Part shown: positions 27,687 to 37,635 of the stretch, in pieces
How the letters are laid out: each line of letters begins with the position of its first letter
Numbering within the stretch: the stretch's first letter is position 1
DNA from: a virus
Reading direction: 5' to 3' (one strand)
IMG/VR virus record: IMGVR_UViG_3300025897_002116
Span: 8,953-72,952 of that record
DNA length: 64,000 nucleotides
The notes under the pieces: model-generated
The model's input: only the letters and a program-made list of their open reading frames with translations
What the model was told of the DNA's origin: nothing
Databases searched by the model: none
Made by a program: the position numbers and the translations under genes

Positions 27687-28350
27687 ATAGTAATTCTGCT
27701 ATTTTGAATTGCCATTTATAATCTATATCAAATGCTTGATGCTCTTCTATAGTATATAAGATAAGGTTTTCTTTTGAATAATCCACCATAAAATGATTAT
27801 TTTTTATAATATTTAATTTCGATGCATATAAACAATGAGCTGCTTCGTAAGTGGGGTTTATAACTTTTGTGTTCATTATAGTTTCTCCAGCCGGCCAGGA
27901 GTTAATCATGTTACCGGATGCATCCCAATAGTACTGTTTTTTTTCTATAACCGCAAATAAATTTTCTTCATCTTGAGTTAAAAATTTAGAAACAAAATCA
28001 TCTATAGTTTTTATAGTCAAAAAAGGAATACATCCTGAGATTAGTACAACATATTTGTAGTCAAGTTTATCATGCCATTCATATATTGTTTTAAGATCCT
28101 TATCTTCATTAGCAGATTCTTGACTCCTACTGTAAATATGTATACCTTTTTTAGAAGCTATGTTTTTTAACTCCTCCTCATATACCGAGGCAATGATTTG
28201 TTTTTTAGGTATAATAGAAGAAGTAATTAACTTGTCTAATACTAGATCAAATAAGGTAGTGCCTGCAAAAGGTTCAAGCATTTTTTGAGGAACCCTCTGA
28301 CTGTTTAGTCTTGCTTGAACAATAAATGCTACATCTTTAATGTCTTTCAC
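27673..28350 (-). CDS. neuA: CMP-nonulosonate synthetase (NeuA family)
   Basis: ARLNSQRVPQK, PF, FDIDY. Confidence 0.8.
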   Translation of the reverse strand: MKDIKDVAFIVQARLNSQRVPQKMLEPFAGTTLFDLVLDKLITSSIIPKKQIIASVYEEELKNIASKKGIHIYSRSQESANEDKDLKTIYEWHDKLDYKYVVLISGCIPFLTIKTIDDFVSKFLTQDEENLFAVIEKKQYYWDASGNMINSWPAGETIMNTKVINPTYEAAHCLYASKLNIIKNNHFMVDYSKENLILYTIEEHQAFDIDYKWQFKIAELLYGKI

Positions 28351-29204
28351 CCTCTTAGTTTCTTTTTAATTTCTTCTTCAGCTTCTGTAACAACTATCTT
28401 TCCATCACCATAGGCTTCCTCTAGTTCCCTTATTCCGGAAACTAATTTAAAGAGGCCATGTGGGGTGACAGAACAGCTATGATCAGATCCCCAGCTCGTT
28501 CTATCTAAAGTTACATGTCTTTCTATAATAGTGGCCCCTAGGTATATAGCAGCAACTGTTGTGCCTAAAAGTAACTCATGTCCTGAGTATCCTATTTCAC
28601 AGTCGGTGTATTTTTCAGCTAATGTATTTATAGCAGATAGATTAAGATCTCTAACCGGTGTAGGGTATGAAGAATTACAATGAAGTATTCCTATTTGATG
28701 ACCGTTTTTAAATAGGTCTTTTGCTTTTCTTAAAACATTTACTGCCGAGTCGATCTCCTCCTCTGTGGACATTCCTGTGGAAAGAATAACTTTCATGTTA
28801 CTTTTCATACAAGATATAAGTATCTCATAATTAGTTAACATTGCAGAAGGTATTTTAATAAAAGGCAGGTTATATTGTTTTAAAAATTCTACCGAATCGT
28901 AATCCCAAGGAGAAGCAGACCAAGTAATTCCGGACTGTTTACAGTATGAATCTATAAAATCATATTCTTTTTTACCGAACTCTATCTTGTTTTTATATTC
29001 AAGATAGGGCATTTTTCCCCATGGAGTATCTCTTATAATATTTTTTTGATGTTCAGGAATACTTTTATCAGGGTTTCTTTTTTGGAATTTGACTGCATTA
29101 CAGCCTGCTGCTGCTGCTATATCTATAAGTTTTTTTGCAACAGAAAGATCGCCGTTGTGATTAATACCTATTTCAGCTATGATATAGGTGTCAAATTTCT
29201 TCAA
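28347..29204 (-). CDS. neuB: nonulosonate synthase (NeuB family, no C-terminal SAF domain)
   Basis: IAEIGINHNG, AVKFQKR, KIPS, HCNSSYP, GYSGHE, IERHVTLD. Confidence 0.92.
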   Translation of the reverse strand: MKKFDTYIIAEIGINHNGDLSVAKKLIDIAAAAGCNAVKFQKRNPDKSIPEHQKNIIRDTPWGKMPYLEYKNKIEFGKKEYDFIDSYCKQSGITWSASPWDYDSVEFLKQYNLPFIKIPSAMLTNYEILISCMKSNMKVILSTGMSTEEEIDSAVNVLRKAKDLFKNGHQIGILHCNSSYPTPVRDLNLSAINTLAEKYTDCEIGYSGHELLLGTTVAAIYLGATIIERHVTLDRTSWGSDHSCSVTPHGLFKLVSGIRELEEAYGDGKIVVTEAEEEIKKKLRG

Positions 29205-29493
29205 TTCTTCTAGATTTATCGCAAATTAACAAGTCGTATGGAGGTTTATCCCCTACTCTTAATTGATGGTATTTGCAACTCCATTCATCAAGTTGTTTTT
29301 TTGTTAAATCATAATGGTTTATACCAGATTTTGATCCTCTTGCTGTCCAGTATGTAATGTTATGACCTTCATCATACAGTTTATTAATCTTATCTATATT
29401 AACCTGTATAGGGCTGGCTAAAGCATACGCTCGAAAGTCTCCTCCGTAAACGTAATCACAAATTGTTTCATCAATATCTACGTAGATGTTCAT
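29191..29493 (-). CDS. HAD-like phosphatase
   Basis: DIDETIC, WTARG, KP.YD..ICDK. Confidence 0.8.
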   Translation of the reverse strand: MNIYVDIDETICDYVYGGDFRAYALASPIQVNIDKINKLYDEGHNITYWTARGSKSGINHYDLTKKQLDEWSCKYHQLRVGDKPPYDLLICDKSRRIEEI

Positions 29494-30110
29494 AATGTAC
29501 TGTAGTATTTATTTTGTTTTTCTTGTCTTATTATATCTTTTGGATGATATAGAGCCCACTCTTCTTCCATAGGGAGCATACCATGTAACTTAAAACCCTT
29601 TAATACTTCATGAACCTTATTAACCCATTTAATATCTAAATGGTTTCTATATATTCTCATCTGCCAATCAGCCCAGTTTACCCATCCTTTTTCATTTACA
29701 TTCCAGCCCCATTTTTTAATATGATCTTCTGTTAATCCTTGTACAGTATTTACTCGAGGCACTCTTAGCATATCAACTTCAGAATTTGCTTCTAATAATG
29801 CTGGTAGGTTGTCTATTAAGTGTTTGTTAGGTATCTCATCTGCATCTATCTGAAATATATATTCTCCAGAGCAGTAACTTGTAAGTTGATTTTTCCAATC
29901 TGCAAAATGATTATCAAAATCATCATTAAACACTTTAACCTCTACATAGTCTAAACCACTTAGGTAAGTGAAAACACTACTATCCCCATTTTTAGAATCA
30001 TAAAGAACCACTATTTCATCTTCTTCTCTTTTGTTAAAGATTAAAAAACTAATAAGCTTCTGTACTTCTACTAACTCATTACAAACAGTTACAGCGTAAC
30101 TTATTTTCAT
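29490..30110 (-). CDS. glycosyltransferase family 2
   Basis: ISYAVTVCNE, QIDADE, D.Q.R, VHE. Confidence 0.85.
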   Translation of the reverse strand: MKISYAVTVCNELVEVQKLISFLIFNKREEDEIVVLYDSKNGDSSVFTYLSGLDYVEVKVFNDDFDNHFADWKNQLTSYCSGEYIFQIDADEIPNKHLIDNLPALLEANSEVDMLRVPRVNTVQGLTEDHIKKWGWNVNEKGWVNWADWQMRIYRNHLDIKWVNKVHEVLKGFKLHGMLPMEEEWALYHPKDIIRQEKQNKYYSTL

Positions 30111-30556
30111 GCTTCAAAAAATCCGATTGCATCTAGAGCATCCATAAAATCTTTTTGTCCAAATTGCTTAGAATTTTTCATATCCATTCTATATGTTTGA
30201 TCAGAAGGAAATTGCTTTATTTTTCTTTCTTCTTCTGTAATTTCTATGGCTTTAACAGAAGACCATTTCCAATTTGTTTTATTTGTTCCATCTATAAACA
30301 CCATTCCTTTAGCTGGTAATGTAACCGTTGATGGAAGCCAGGTTTGCTTATTTGAGTCTTCAAACATTAAATCTTTGTATAACTCAGGGGATGTTTCAAT
30401 TGCATCAGTGATAACTTTGCTTCCTTTCACTAACTCGGTACTAGACGTAAAACCACATCCCAGGCATAGCCATGTTGTTAGTTTTTCACTAAGTACTTGT
30501 TCATAACATGCGTTACCGTTGCATCGGCCGCATTCTACTAATTGGTCTTTATCCAT
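30107..30556 (-). CDS. zinc-finger hypothetical protein
   Basis: CGRC...CLGCG. Confidence 0.65.
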   Translation of the reverse strand: MDKDQLVECGRCNGNACYEQVLSEKLTTWLCLGCGFTSSTELVKGSKVITDAIETSPELYKDLMFEDSNKQTWLPSTVTLPAKGMVFIDGTNKTNWKWSSVKAIEITEEERKIKQFPSDQTYRMDMKNSKQFGQKDFMDALDAIGFFEA

Positions 30557-31838
30557 TTGTTTGTAATTTTGGTAAATTTAATTTAGGTAAATTTAATTCG
30601 ATTTGTTTGGGAAAATCAGGAAGGGTTCTTTCTAGAATTATTCCTAGTTCCTCAGTCATTTTATCTAAACTAAAATTAGTCCTGTTTTTAAATCCTAATT
30701 TTTTCGCGTTAACTGTGAAGCTCTTATAATTCTTATAGACATTTTTTATCGCATTAGCAGCTTGCCCATCATCTGGGGTGAACCATTTTGAAGTCTCAAT
30801 TATAGTGCCTTGTGATAAAGCTGATTTATGTACATCGGTTAGTGTTCCTCCTACTAGTATGGCAAGATCTTTATCTAAAAAATCTAATTGACCAGACCAA
30901 CCAGATGATATGATAGGTTTATTACTAAGGCTAAACTCTAATAAAGGTCTTCCAAATCCTTCTCCTTTTGTAAAACTCACCATTGCCTTTACTTTAGGGT
31001 GGTTGTATAGCTCATTAACTTCTTCATCGGTAATATCGCCGTGAAAAAGATATATGTTAGGTAAGGATCCTTTAACAGTAGATTTTATACTTTCAATTTT
31101 ATCTAATACCTCTTCCCTGTCAAGTAAGGATGTAGTAGCGTTATTAGTTTTTAAAATTAATGCAGGAGGATTAGGTTTATTTTTAAATACCTCTAAGAAA
31201 GACTTGACTGTGTATCCAACATTTTTCCTATCATGTCCGAAATCTCCTTGGAGCCAATGTCCCACAAATAGAAAACAAAAGGACTCTTTAATCTGATTTA
31301 AGGCTATAGTAACTTCCGAATTAGGTCTAGGTGTGGTAGGAAAATATTTTGTAATATCAGCTCCTTCGAAAATTACTTCAATAGGAGTTTCTAATTTTAC
31401 CTTACCTACTGTCTTATTTGTATTTTGATCTACTGCATCAAATGAAGTTTCAAGAAAAATATCTTTACTGTGTTGAGATGATGTTAGTATTAGATCCATA
31501 CTATTGCAACCTTTAATCCAGCTAGCATCTGCAAGATTTGTTTCTATACCTGCAGTTAATCCTATATTAAACTTCCCTGTCTTTTTGAACTCATTTGGGA
31601 CAGTAATTTGAATCCATACATCAGGTTGAGATTGCAAGTTATGTACTATTAGATTTTGAAGTTCTACTTCTTGATGATCAGCTAAATAACCGAATCGAGT
31701 ATTTCCCCATCTCTGGCTTAATACTTTAACTTCGTATTTCTCTAATGATAATAAAGCTTTAATGAAATCTCTAGATCTTGCTCCATATCCTGAGTATGTG
31801 TCAATTGGGCAAGAAACTACTACTGTTGTTTTATTCAT
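30549..31838 (-). CDS. GT-B glycosyltransferase (GT4-like)
   Basis: SGYG, DRKN, KGEGFGRPLLE, WSGQLDF. Confidence 0.85.
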   Translation of the reverse strand: MNKTTVVVSCPIDTYSGYGARSRDFIKALLSLEKYEVKVLSQRWGNTRFGYLADHQEVELQNLIVHNLQSQPDVWIQITVPNEFKKTGKFNIGLTAGIETNLADASWIKGCNSMDLILTSSQHSKDIFLETSFDAVDQNTNKTVGKVKLETPIEVIFEGADITKYFPTTPRPNSEVTIALNQIKESFCFLFVGHWLQGDFGHDRKNVGYTVKSFLEVFKNKPNPPALILKTNNATTSLLDREEVLDKIESIKSTVKGSLPNIYLFHGDITDEEVNELYNHPKVKAMVSFTKGEGFGRPLLEFSLSNKPIISSGWSGQLDFLDKDLAILVGGTLTDVHKSALSQGTIIETSKWFTPDDGQAANAIKNVYKNYKSFTVNAKKLGFKNRTNFSLDKMTEELGIILERTLPDFPKQIELNLPKLNLPKLQTNG

Positions 31839-31839
31839 C

Positions 31840-33285
31840 TTAATAACCAGTTAATTTATGCTTAATGTACTTTGAAGGTCTTTTTTTAGTCTTAATTAAA
31901 TCAAATCTAGATCTAGGTTTAAATTTATCAAAAGCTTCATCTAATGTTTCAACTATATTTTTACACATAGCAGATGCAGACATTTGTGACTCATCTGATG
32001 TCACCCACTCTCTGCCTTTAAGACCTCTTTTTTCTCTATCTTCAGAAGAAAGGTTGTAAACCTTTTCTATAGCCTTAGCTACATCTTCAGGTTGACATCT
32101 ATCATCGAAAATATAAGGGGTGGTTGGGGAGCCTGTAAGTGAAATATTAGATGGGAAAACCGGTTCTACCCACTCCCCACATTCTTTTACAGTACCTCTA
32201 TGGTTAGAAGGAAAATCAGCGTCAAAATCTATCCACTTACCGTCTTTTTCAAATCTCATTTGATCTTGCATACCTCCGGTTACATTACCGATAATCATCT
32301 TACCAGCCATCATAGATTCAGTTAAACTTAATCCCCAACCTTCGTTAGAAGAAATTAAAACCGTAACATCTGAGATATTATACATGAGGTTCATTTGACT
32401 AGGATTAATACGGGCCTGTGAAAAATACACATTAACGTAACTTGGATCGGTTAATGCCTCTTTTACAGCTCTTAGATCAGTTCCATTATTGTCACTAACA
32501 TGAGTATGCATTATAAGAGCACATTTTTTTGCTTTTTCTTCTCCAATTAAGTCACAGAAAAGTCTATACGCAAAAATTACATCAGCAGGTTTTTTTCTTT
32601 GAATATTTCTAGAATTGAAAAATACTATAAATTCAATATCGTCTCTACCAAGAGTATTCTTTTTAAACTCTAAAAGATTTTCATATAGAGAATGCTTAGA
32701 ATCTATAGGGAAAAAATCATTTTCGTTAATTCCATGAGGAACATACTTTAGTATCTTACTATCGGCTTTTTCACCTAGGACTAATCTATTAATATTGTTA
32801 GTTTGTTTTGAAATTGCCATAAGTACATCAACTGAATCATAATAGTTGACATTATACCCTGGGGCTGGGTAGTCATCCCATATATTGAGCCAGAAGATTG
32901 GTATCTTGGACCTAATTTCCCTTTCTATTTGGAATAACCATACCCAATATCTTGGATCGGTAAAGATAAAAATAGCATCAGGTTTCTCTCTTTCAATTAA
33001 CGCTCTCATTAACTCAGCATCTCCGTAACCATTGTTCGGCAGTACCTGTACAAGTGAATCTGTGATTCCTATTATTTTGTTTACCTCCTCTGATAGATCG
33101 TAGATTTTACCAATCTCAGGATGCTTTACAGCGGCTCCTACATTGAACCAATTAAAGTGCTGTGCTGTACCGACTGTGAACTCTCTTGCCATTGTGGCAA
33201 TTCCGGAGTTCATTCTGATATCATCACATAAAAGTAAGATCTTTTTCCGATCCTTCTTTTCGATATAACGAAACTGTTCTTTCAT
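31840..33285 (-). CDS. GT-B glycosyltransferase (GT4-like)
   Basis: VPHG, RNIQRK, SSNEGWGLSLTES. Confidence 0.85.
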   Translation of the reverse strand: MKEQFRYIEKKDRKKILLLCDDIRMNSGIATMAREFTVGTAQHFNWFNVGAAVKHPEIGKIYDLSEEVNKIIGITDSLVQVLPNNGYGDAELMRALIEREKPDAIFIFTDPRYWVWLFQIEREIRSKIPIFWLNIWDDYPAPGYNVNYYDSVDVLMAISKQTNNINRLVLGEKADSKILKYVPHGINENDFFPIDSKHSLYENLLEFKKNTLGRDDIEFIVFFNSRNIQRKKPADVIFAYRLFCDLIGEEKAKKCALIMHTHVSDNNGTDLRAVKEALTDPSYVNVYFSQARINPSQMNLMYNISDVTVLISSNEGWGLSLTESMMAGKMIIGNVTGGMQDQMRFEKDGKWIDFDADFPSNHRGTVKECGEWVEPVFPSNISLTGSPTTPYIFDDRCQPEDVAKAIEKVYNLSSEDREKRGLKGREWVTSDESQMSASAMCKNIVETLDEAFDKFKPRSRFDLIKTKKRPSKYIKHKLTGY

Positions 33286-33289
33286 GGAA

Positions 33290-33472
33290 CTATTTTAATT
33301 TTAATGTAGTTTGTTTATGAAGTTTTTCTCTAAATTCTATATCATTAAGATAAAGAAAAATAGCACGATCGGCAAGCTTTTTAAAAGAAAAGTTGTCCTG
33401 ATAGCAAGCTATTTTAAATTGATCAAAGAGAGGTTGGGTTACTTTTACTGAGGTGAGTCTTTCTTGTGCCAT
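33290..33472 (-). CDS. small ribbon-helix-helix-like DNA-binding protein
   Basis: LTSVKV strand followed by two helices. Confidence 0.5.
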   Translation of the reverse strand: MAQERLTSVKVTQPLFDQFKIACYQDNFSFKKLADRAIFLYLNDIEFREKLHKQTTLKLK

Positions 33473-33508
33473 AACTTTTTAATTTATATATAAATATATA
33501 CGTATATA

Positions 33509-34471
33509 TTAAACCGCATCAGGACATAGCCTGTTTTGTTTAAAAGAGCAAAATCTACAATTATGTTTTGAAGGTGAAGTAGGGTACTCTTTATCTATAT
33601 ACTCTCCGTTTAGGTCCACTGCAGTTTTTACAAAATTATTCATTAGTGAAATTGCTTGACCTCTTTTAATCTTACCAGCGGATGGTTTAAACTCTTGTAC
33701 TCTTTTTTGCATTGAGGCAAACTCTGCTTCAACAGGTACTTTTCTTTTTAGGATAAAATATTCTACTTCAATTCTATCTATGTCAATCCCAAATTGATTA
33801 GCAAAGAATTCTTTATATAGTAAGATTTGTGCTATTTTTTTATCGTCTTTCTTAGCATAATCATTCCATCCTGATGTTGATGTTTTAATATCAACAATAG
33901 TCCAAATATCTGCAGTAGAGTTATAAAAAACTAAGTCAATAAAGCCTTTAAACATCACTCCAGGTCTTAACTCCTGGTATAATAGTGTCTCTATGCCAGC
34001 TAAATACGTATTGTTAGTACTAAAGTACCCTCCTCGTTTTTTCTTTAAGTAATCTAGTATGTGTTTCCCGTCTAAGTAGAACATATTCAACTCTGCTGCG
34101 GTTGAAAAATGCTGATGACTGTTTTGTGCTTTATTAGATTTATAGGCTTTAATCATATTATCATAAAAAAGCTTATCTAAATCCATCTCATTGGCTGTCT
34201 TTACTTTATCTCGGTAAAGAACCTCTAGCCAGGTTTGTATAGTAGAGTGCATAGCTGTACCAAAGGCTGCATGAATAGAAGCTTGGTAGGGTGCTAAGTT
34301 TCTAACATAGGTTAAGTACCATTGCTTCTGACAGGAGGCAAAGGTAGATAACTGGCTGTATGAAATATGTTTATTTGATTTAGGAGATTGTTTAAGTTTA
34401 CTCTCCCATACTTGTTTTACTAAGGGATTAGCCTTAGTTTTTGTACCCTCGGGGTATATTTTTTTTGGCAT
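33509..34471 (-). CDS. PD-(D/E)xK exonuclease (RecB/Cas4-like)
   Basis: SYSQL...C, FGTAMH, GFIDL, DIKT, Q..LY, CRFC...C. Confidence 0.88.
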   Translation of the reverse strand: MPKKIYPEGTKTKANPLVKQVWESKLKQSPKSNKHISYSQLSTFASCQKQWYLTYVRNLAPYQASIHAAFGTAMHSTIQTWLEVLYRDKVKTANEMDLDKLFYDNMIKAYKSNKAQNSHQHFSTAAELNMFYLDGKHILDYLKKKRGGYFSTNNTYLAGIETLLYQELRPGVMFKGFIDLVFYNSTADIWTIVDIKTSTSGWNDYAKKDDKKIAQILLYKEFFANQFGIDIDRIEVEYFILKRKVPVEAEFASMQKRVQEFKPSAGKIKRGQAISLMNNFVKTAVDLNGEYIDKEYPTSPSKHNCRFCSFKQNRLCPDAV

Positions 34472-34502
34472 AACTCTTATTTTTTTTACTCATAACTCGA
34501 AG

Positions 34503-34721
34503 CTACTCAATACCGTACTTCTCTTTAAGTACAGCTTTTATTTTTTCTAAGTATAACGTTAAGTCCATAGCCTCCTCTTGAGCATGTTCTAACCAATCTA
34601 AAAGATTTAAGTCTTCTCTTTCTAAAGTAGTATTATATTTTTTAATACCTGTTTGAGATCTTATTTCAAACTTTTTTTTGACTAATTCTACGTACTTATC
34701 CTTCTTTAAATTTTTTTCCAT
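34503..34721 (-). CDS. phage protein, possible MazG-like helical fold
   Basis: GIKKY.TTL.R.D...WL.HAQEE.MD...Y. Confidence 0.55.
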   Translation of the reverse strand: MEKNLKKDKYVELVKKKFEIRSQTGIKKYNTTLEREDLNLLDWLEHAQEEAMDLTLYLEKIKAVLKEKYGIE

Positions 34722-34751
34722 ATAACTAAATATACGAACTTTTTGGTGAGA

Positions 34752-35981
34752 TTACAAATATCTCTTAATACTTTTCTTTTCTTTCCAACCCTCTGTACCG
34801 TCGGTGTATTTAACTCTAATCTTACTAGGGGACTTTTGTAGAACTCTTGCTACTTTTTTTTCTTTTAATTCTGATCCGTCTTCATTGAGAGTTATCCATT
34901 CATCTTCCGGAGCTTTTTCTTTTATTGCTTCTGTAACTTCTGCTTCTTCTTTAATCTCCTCCAAATTTTCTGGTGTCGGGAGTGAAGTTTCTTCTATAAT
35001 TTGTTCTTTTTTTACTTCAATATCATCTAGTACTTCATCTAATGTTTCTTCTAAACTTTCTATTTTAGAATCTTTATCTATGGAGTTAAAAAAGTCTACA
35101 GCTTCTTCTTCAGTGTAATTTAGTTTACCTTCTTGAAGTTCTCCGTATAGATTTTCTTCATATTTCTTTTTAGGGAAAGCTTGCTCAAAAGCAAAGTTTG
35201 CTGCAATTACTAGGGAAAGTGCTAGTGGGTCAAAAACAAATATAATTATAAGGAGTAAAATATTTATAATTTTATCCATAGGTACACCTGTTAGTCCGGA
35301 AAGGTATTGAAGTGGGCCTAATTCACCAGTAGCTTCATTATCGTTCTCTAAAGTAAGTATATTGAGTTGGTATTTTTGTAGGCTATCAGCAACTATTTCT
35401 CTTTTTGCTTGAACTGCTTTCCTATTTTCTTCTTCTACTGTTATCCTTTTTTGAGATAACCTAAGTTCAGTAGTCGATATAGTATTTCTTATCCCTGTTG
35501 CTGCCGTAGTATCTCTAACCTGTATACCGGTGGCTTTGGCGTTGGAGAGTATAGATATATTCTCTGATATTCTATTGAGTTCTGTATCGTACCTCTTGAC
35601 ATCGCTTTCGTAGAAGTCTTTTTTTTGAGTCAAGAATAAAACTTTATTGTCTTTAATTGATAGACTCCTATAAGTATCCTGATATGCTGCACTTAGGAAA
35701 CCGTAGATACCCATACTAGTAATGAGTACTAGCACTAGGGCAGCAATGGAGAGATACGCTCTAAGCCATTTGTTTAGGTTACCCCAGTACTGATAAAGAA
35801 GTGAAGCTATAACCAGCTTAGCTATTTCTAATGAACCAGCCATAAGTATGACTGCGAATGATGCTCCGGCAAAAAGTTTACTAAGGCCGCTGACTGAGTA
35901 AAAAGCAGCTGAAGCTGATACAGATAAGGCGGATAAGGTAATTACAGAGGGGAAGAATCCTTTCTTAATATTTTTCCACAT
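34752..35981 (-). CDS. multi-TM plus coiled-coil membrane protein
   Basis: Three N-terminal TM helices, TSMGIYGFLS, coiled coil, VFDPLA TM, acidic tail. Confidence 0.75.
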   Translation of the reverse strand: MWKNIKKGFFPSVITLSALSVSASAAFYSVSGLSKLFAGASFAVILMAGSLEIAKLVIASLLYQYWGNLNKWLRAYLSIAALVLVLITSMGIYGFLSAAYQDTYRSLSIKDNKVLFLTQKKDFYESDVKRYDTELNRISENISILSNAKATGIQVRDTTAATGIRNTISTTELRLSQKRITVEEENRKAVQAKREIVADSLQKYQLNILTLENDNEATGELGPLQYLSGLTGVPMDKIINILLLIIIFVFDPLALSLVIAANFAFEQAFPKKKYEENLYGELQEGKLNYTEEEAVDFFNSIDKDSKIESLEETLDEVLDDIEVKKEQIIEETSLPTPENLEEIKEEAEVTEAIKEKAPEDEWITLNEDGSELKEKKVARVLQKSPSKIRVKYTDGTEGWKEKKSIKRYL

Positions 35982-35996
35982 AGAGTTCTTTATTAG

Positions 35997-36431
35997 TTAA
36001 GTACCAATTATATTTAATAAGAGTACTACAGCTCCGATTACAGAACCTATCTGGTATAATTTTTTTTGTTTTTGAGCTTTCTTTAAAGACGATTGTAGTT
36101 GATCTGAGAGTTCTTGAAAAGCTGTTAATTGTTTGTCTTTGTTACTGGATATTAAGTTTAAATTCTCGATTTGTTTTTGCTGATTGAATACTAGTTCGTT
36201 CAAACTTAATACTTTACCGTTGATGCTTTCAATTAATTCATTTAGATTTATATTTTCTAAAACTACTCCATCAAGCCTAGTTAGATCCTTAGCTACTAAT
36301 TTAGCGATTGGAGTTGTTAGTTGAATCGTTTTTGTAGTATCCGTAGCGTTTTGCGAAAAACTGTTCAAGCTCATCATCACCAAAGTAATCAATAGCATCC
36401 AATTTAATTTTTGTTTCATCTTGTATGACAA
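35997..36431 (-). CDS. putative spanin-like partner (signal peptide, coiled coil, C-terminal TM); likely start 36398
   Basis: Out-of-frame overlap with the upstream gene in a lysis cassette. Confidence 0.5.
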   Translation of the reverse strand: MSYKMKQKLNWMLLITLVMMSLNSFSQNATDTTKTIQLTTPIAKLVAKDLTRLDGVVLENINLNELIESINGKVLSLNELVFNQQKQIENLNLISSNKDKQLTAFQELSDQLQSSLKKAQKQKKLYQIGSVIGAVVLLLNIIGT

Positions 36432-36681
36432 TTATTTTTGTATTAAGTTTTTTAATTTTAATATCATAAGAAGCTATTTCTTCATTAAGATTAGTAGCCT
36501 GTATTTTTAAACTATCATTTAGAAATTGGACAGAATCTACTCTTAGTTGTAATGAATCAATCTGTGATTTGTAAACATCAATGTCTACTACTTCTTCACT
36601 TGATTTTATGAAAACCATATAAATTAGAAGTAACCCGGCAATTAAAAGCCCTAGATTTTTCTTTATATACTTTATCATCAT
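36301..36681 (-). CDS. putative inner-membrane spanin-like protein
   Basis: N-terminal TM and coiled coil; follows the endolysin-like gene. Confidence 0.55.
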   Translation of the reverse strand: MMIKYIKKNLGLLIAGLLLIYMVFIKSSEEVVDIDVYKSQIDSLQLRVDSVQFLNDSLKIQATNLNEEIASYDIKIKKLNTKIIVIQDETKIKLDAIDYFGDDELEQFFAKRYGYYKNDSTNNSNR

Positions 36682-36705
36682 ATTAATATAGTAAAATTTT
36701 TCCCC

Positions 36706-37317
36706 TTATGCAACTATATCCTTAGATTCTATTAGAGTGTAGGTAAATGAATTACCCCATACATCTTTAGCTTTATTACAGATCTCCATAAATTGATTGA
36801 AATCTGATTCTTTTGCAAACACTTGGCAGCCGGCAGACCATTTATCTATCTGAGTTGATCCAGCTACTCTTGATCCTGCTTTATGTATGTTAATACCAAA
36901 TATCCCTTCTTTTACATTTTCTTCAATCATATCATACTTTCCGTCTTCATTATTATCACGGTAAACTTTAACAGGTTTTTGCTGCCTTAAAGCTTCATAC
37001 TTACCTTGATGTAATCCAACCTTATGAGACCCTCTATACTGGCCTGGTTTTAAAATAGCTACGCCATCTTCATTCATTATATTCTCTACCCAGTGTTTTC
37101 CAGGGTCTGTGGTACAGTCTGATTCGTAGTATTTCCAGTTACCGTCTGGGTCTTTAAATGATATTGTCATCTTATCGTCAAACTTATTTGTTACTTGATC
37201 GCCGGTACTTGAATTTCTAATTCCAACGATGTTAACGTCTAATCCTTTATCACTTGTAAAGTACTTATATCCTTTACTTCTTACTGCTTTTTCAATTTGA
37301 TCTCTAGTATAACTCAT
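36706..37317 (-). CDS. putative endolysin with L,D-transpeptidase (YkuD)-like active site
   Basis: GINIH...WSAGCQ (H...S.GC); sits between holin-like and spanin-like genes. Confidence 0.65.
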   Translation of the reverse strand: MSYTRDQIEKAVRSKGYKYFTSDKGLDVNIVGIRNSSTGDQVTNKFDDKMTISFKDPDGNWKYYESDCTTDPGKHWVENIMNEDGVAILKPGQYRGSHKVGLHQGKYEALRQQKPVKVYRDNNEDGKYDMIEENVKEGIFGINIHKAGSRVAGSTQIDKWSAGCQVFAKESDFNQFMEICNKAKDVWGNSFTYTLIESKDIVA

Positions 37318-37327
37318 AATTTATTTT

Positions 37328-37591
37328 TTATTCGGATTCTCCTTTTTTTCCGAAGATTTTTCCGGCTTCAGCGATTCCAAAAGAACCTAATGTGATTATT
37401 ACAAATGAATTGTAAACAAATTCATTAATTTCTAGTTCCTGGCCAGTAAACCCTGTTACTATGTCAGCTGTTGCAAATAGTACCATTACTGCAAATGAAG
37501 AAAAACCAACTACTGATTTTTCGTTAATATCGTTTTTATCTTTGAAAATGTCTCTGAAGGCCATCCATTTATGATTTAAATAATTAAACAT
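37328..37591 (-). CDS. putative holin (2 TM)
   Basis: Two TM helices and a charged C-terminus; upstream of the lysin. Confidence 0.55.
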   Translation of the reverse strand: MFNYLNHKWMAFRDIFKDKNDINEKSVVGFSSFAVMVLFATADIVTGFTGQELEINEFVYNSFVIITLGSFGIAEAGKIFGKKGESE

Positions 37592-37627
37592 AGCTTAATA
37601 ACATTTTAAGTAAAACATTTATTTAGT

Positions 37628-37635
37628 ATAAATAG
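37628..37635 (-). promoter_or_regulatory. putative late promoter CTATTTAT
   Basis: Directly upstream of the lysis cassette. Confidence 0.6.

Noticed and set aside
30560-30600. Short tandem repeat encoding LNLPKLNLPKL at a glycosyltransferase C-terminus
   Set aside because: Only two units; may be a docking tail but cannot be supported further from this window
33509-34471. Cas4 as part of a CRISPR system
   Set aside because: Stand-alone PD-(D/E)xK exonuclease common in phages; no array or other cas genes
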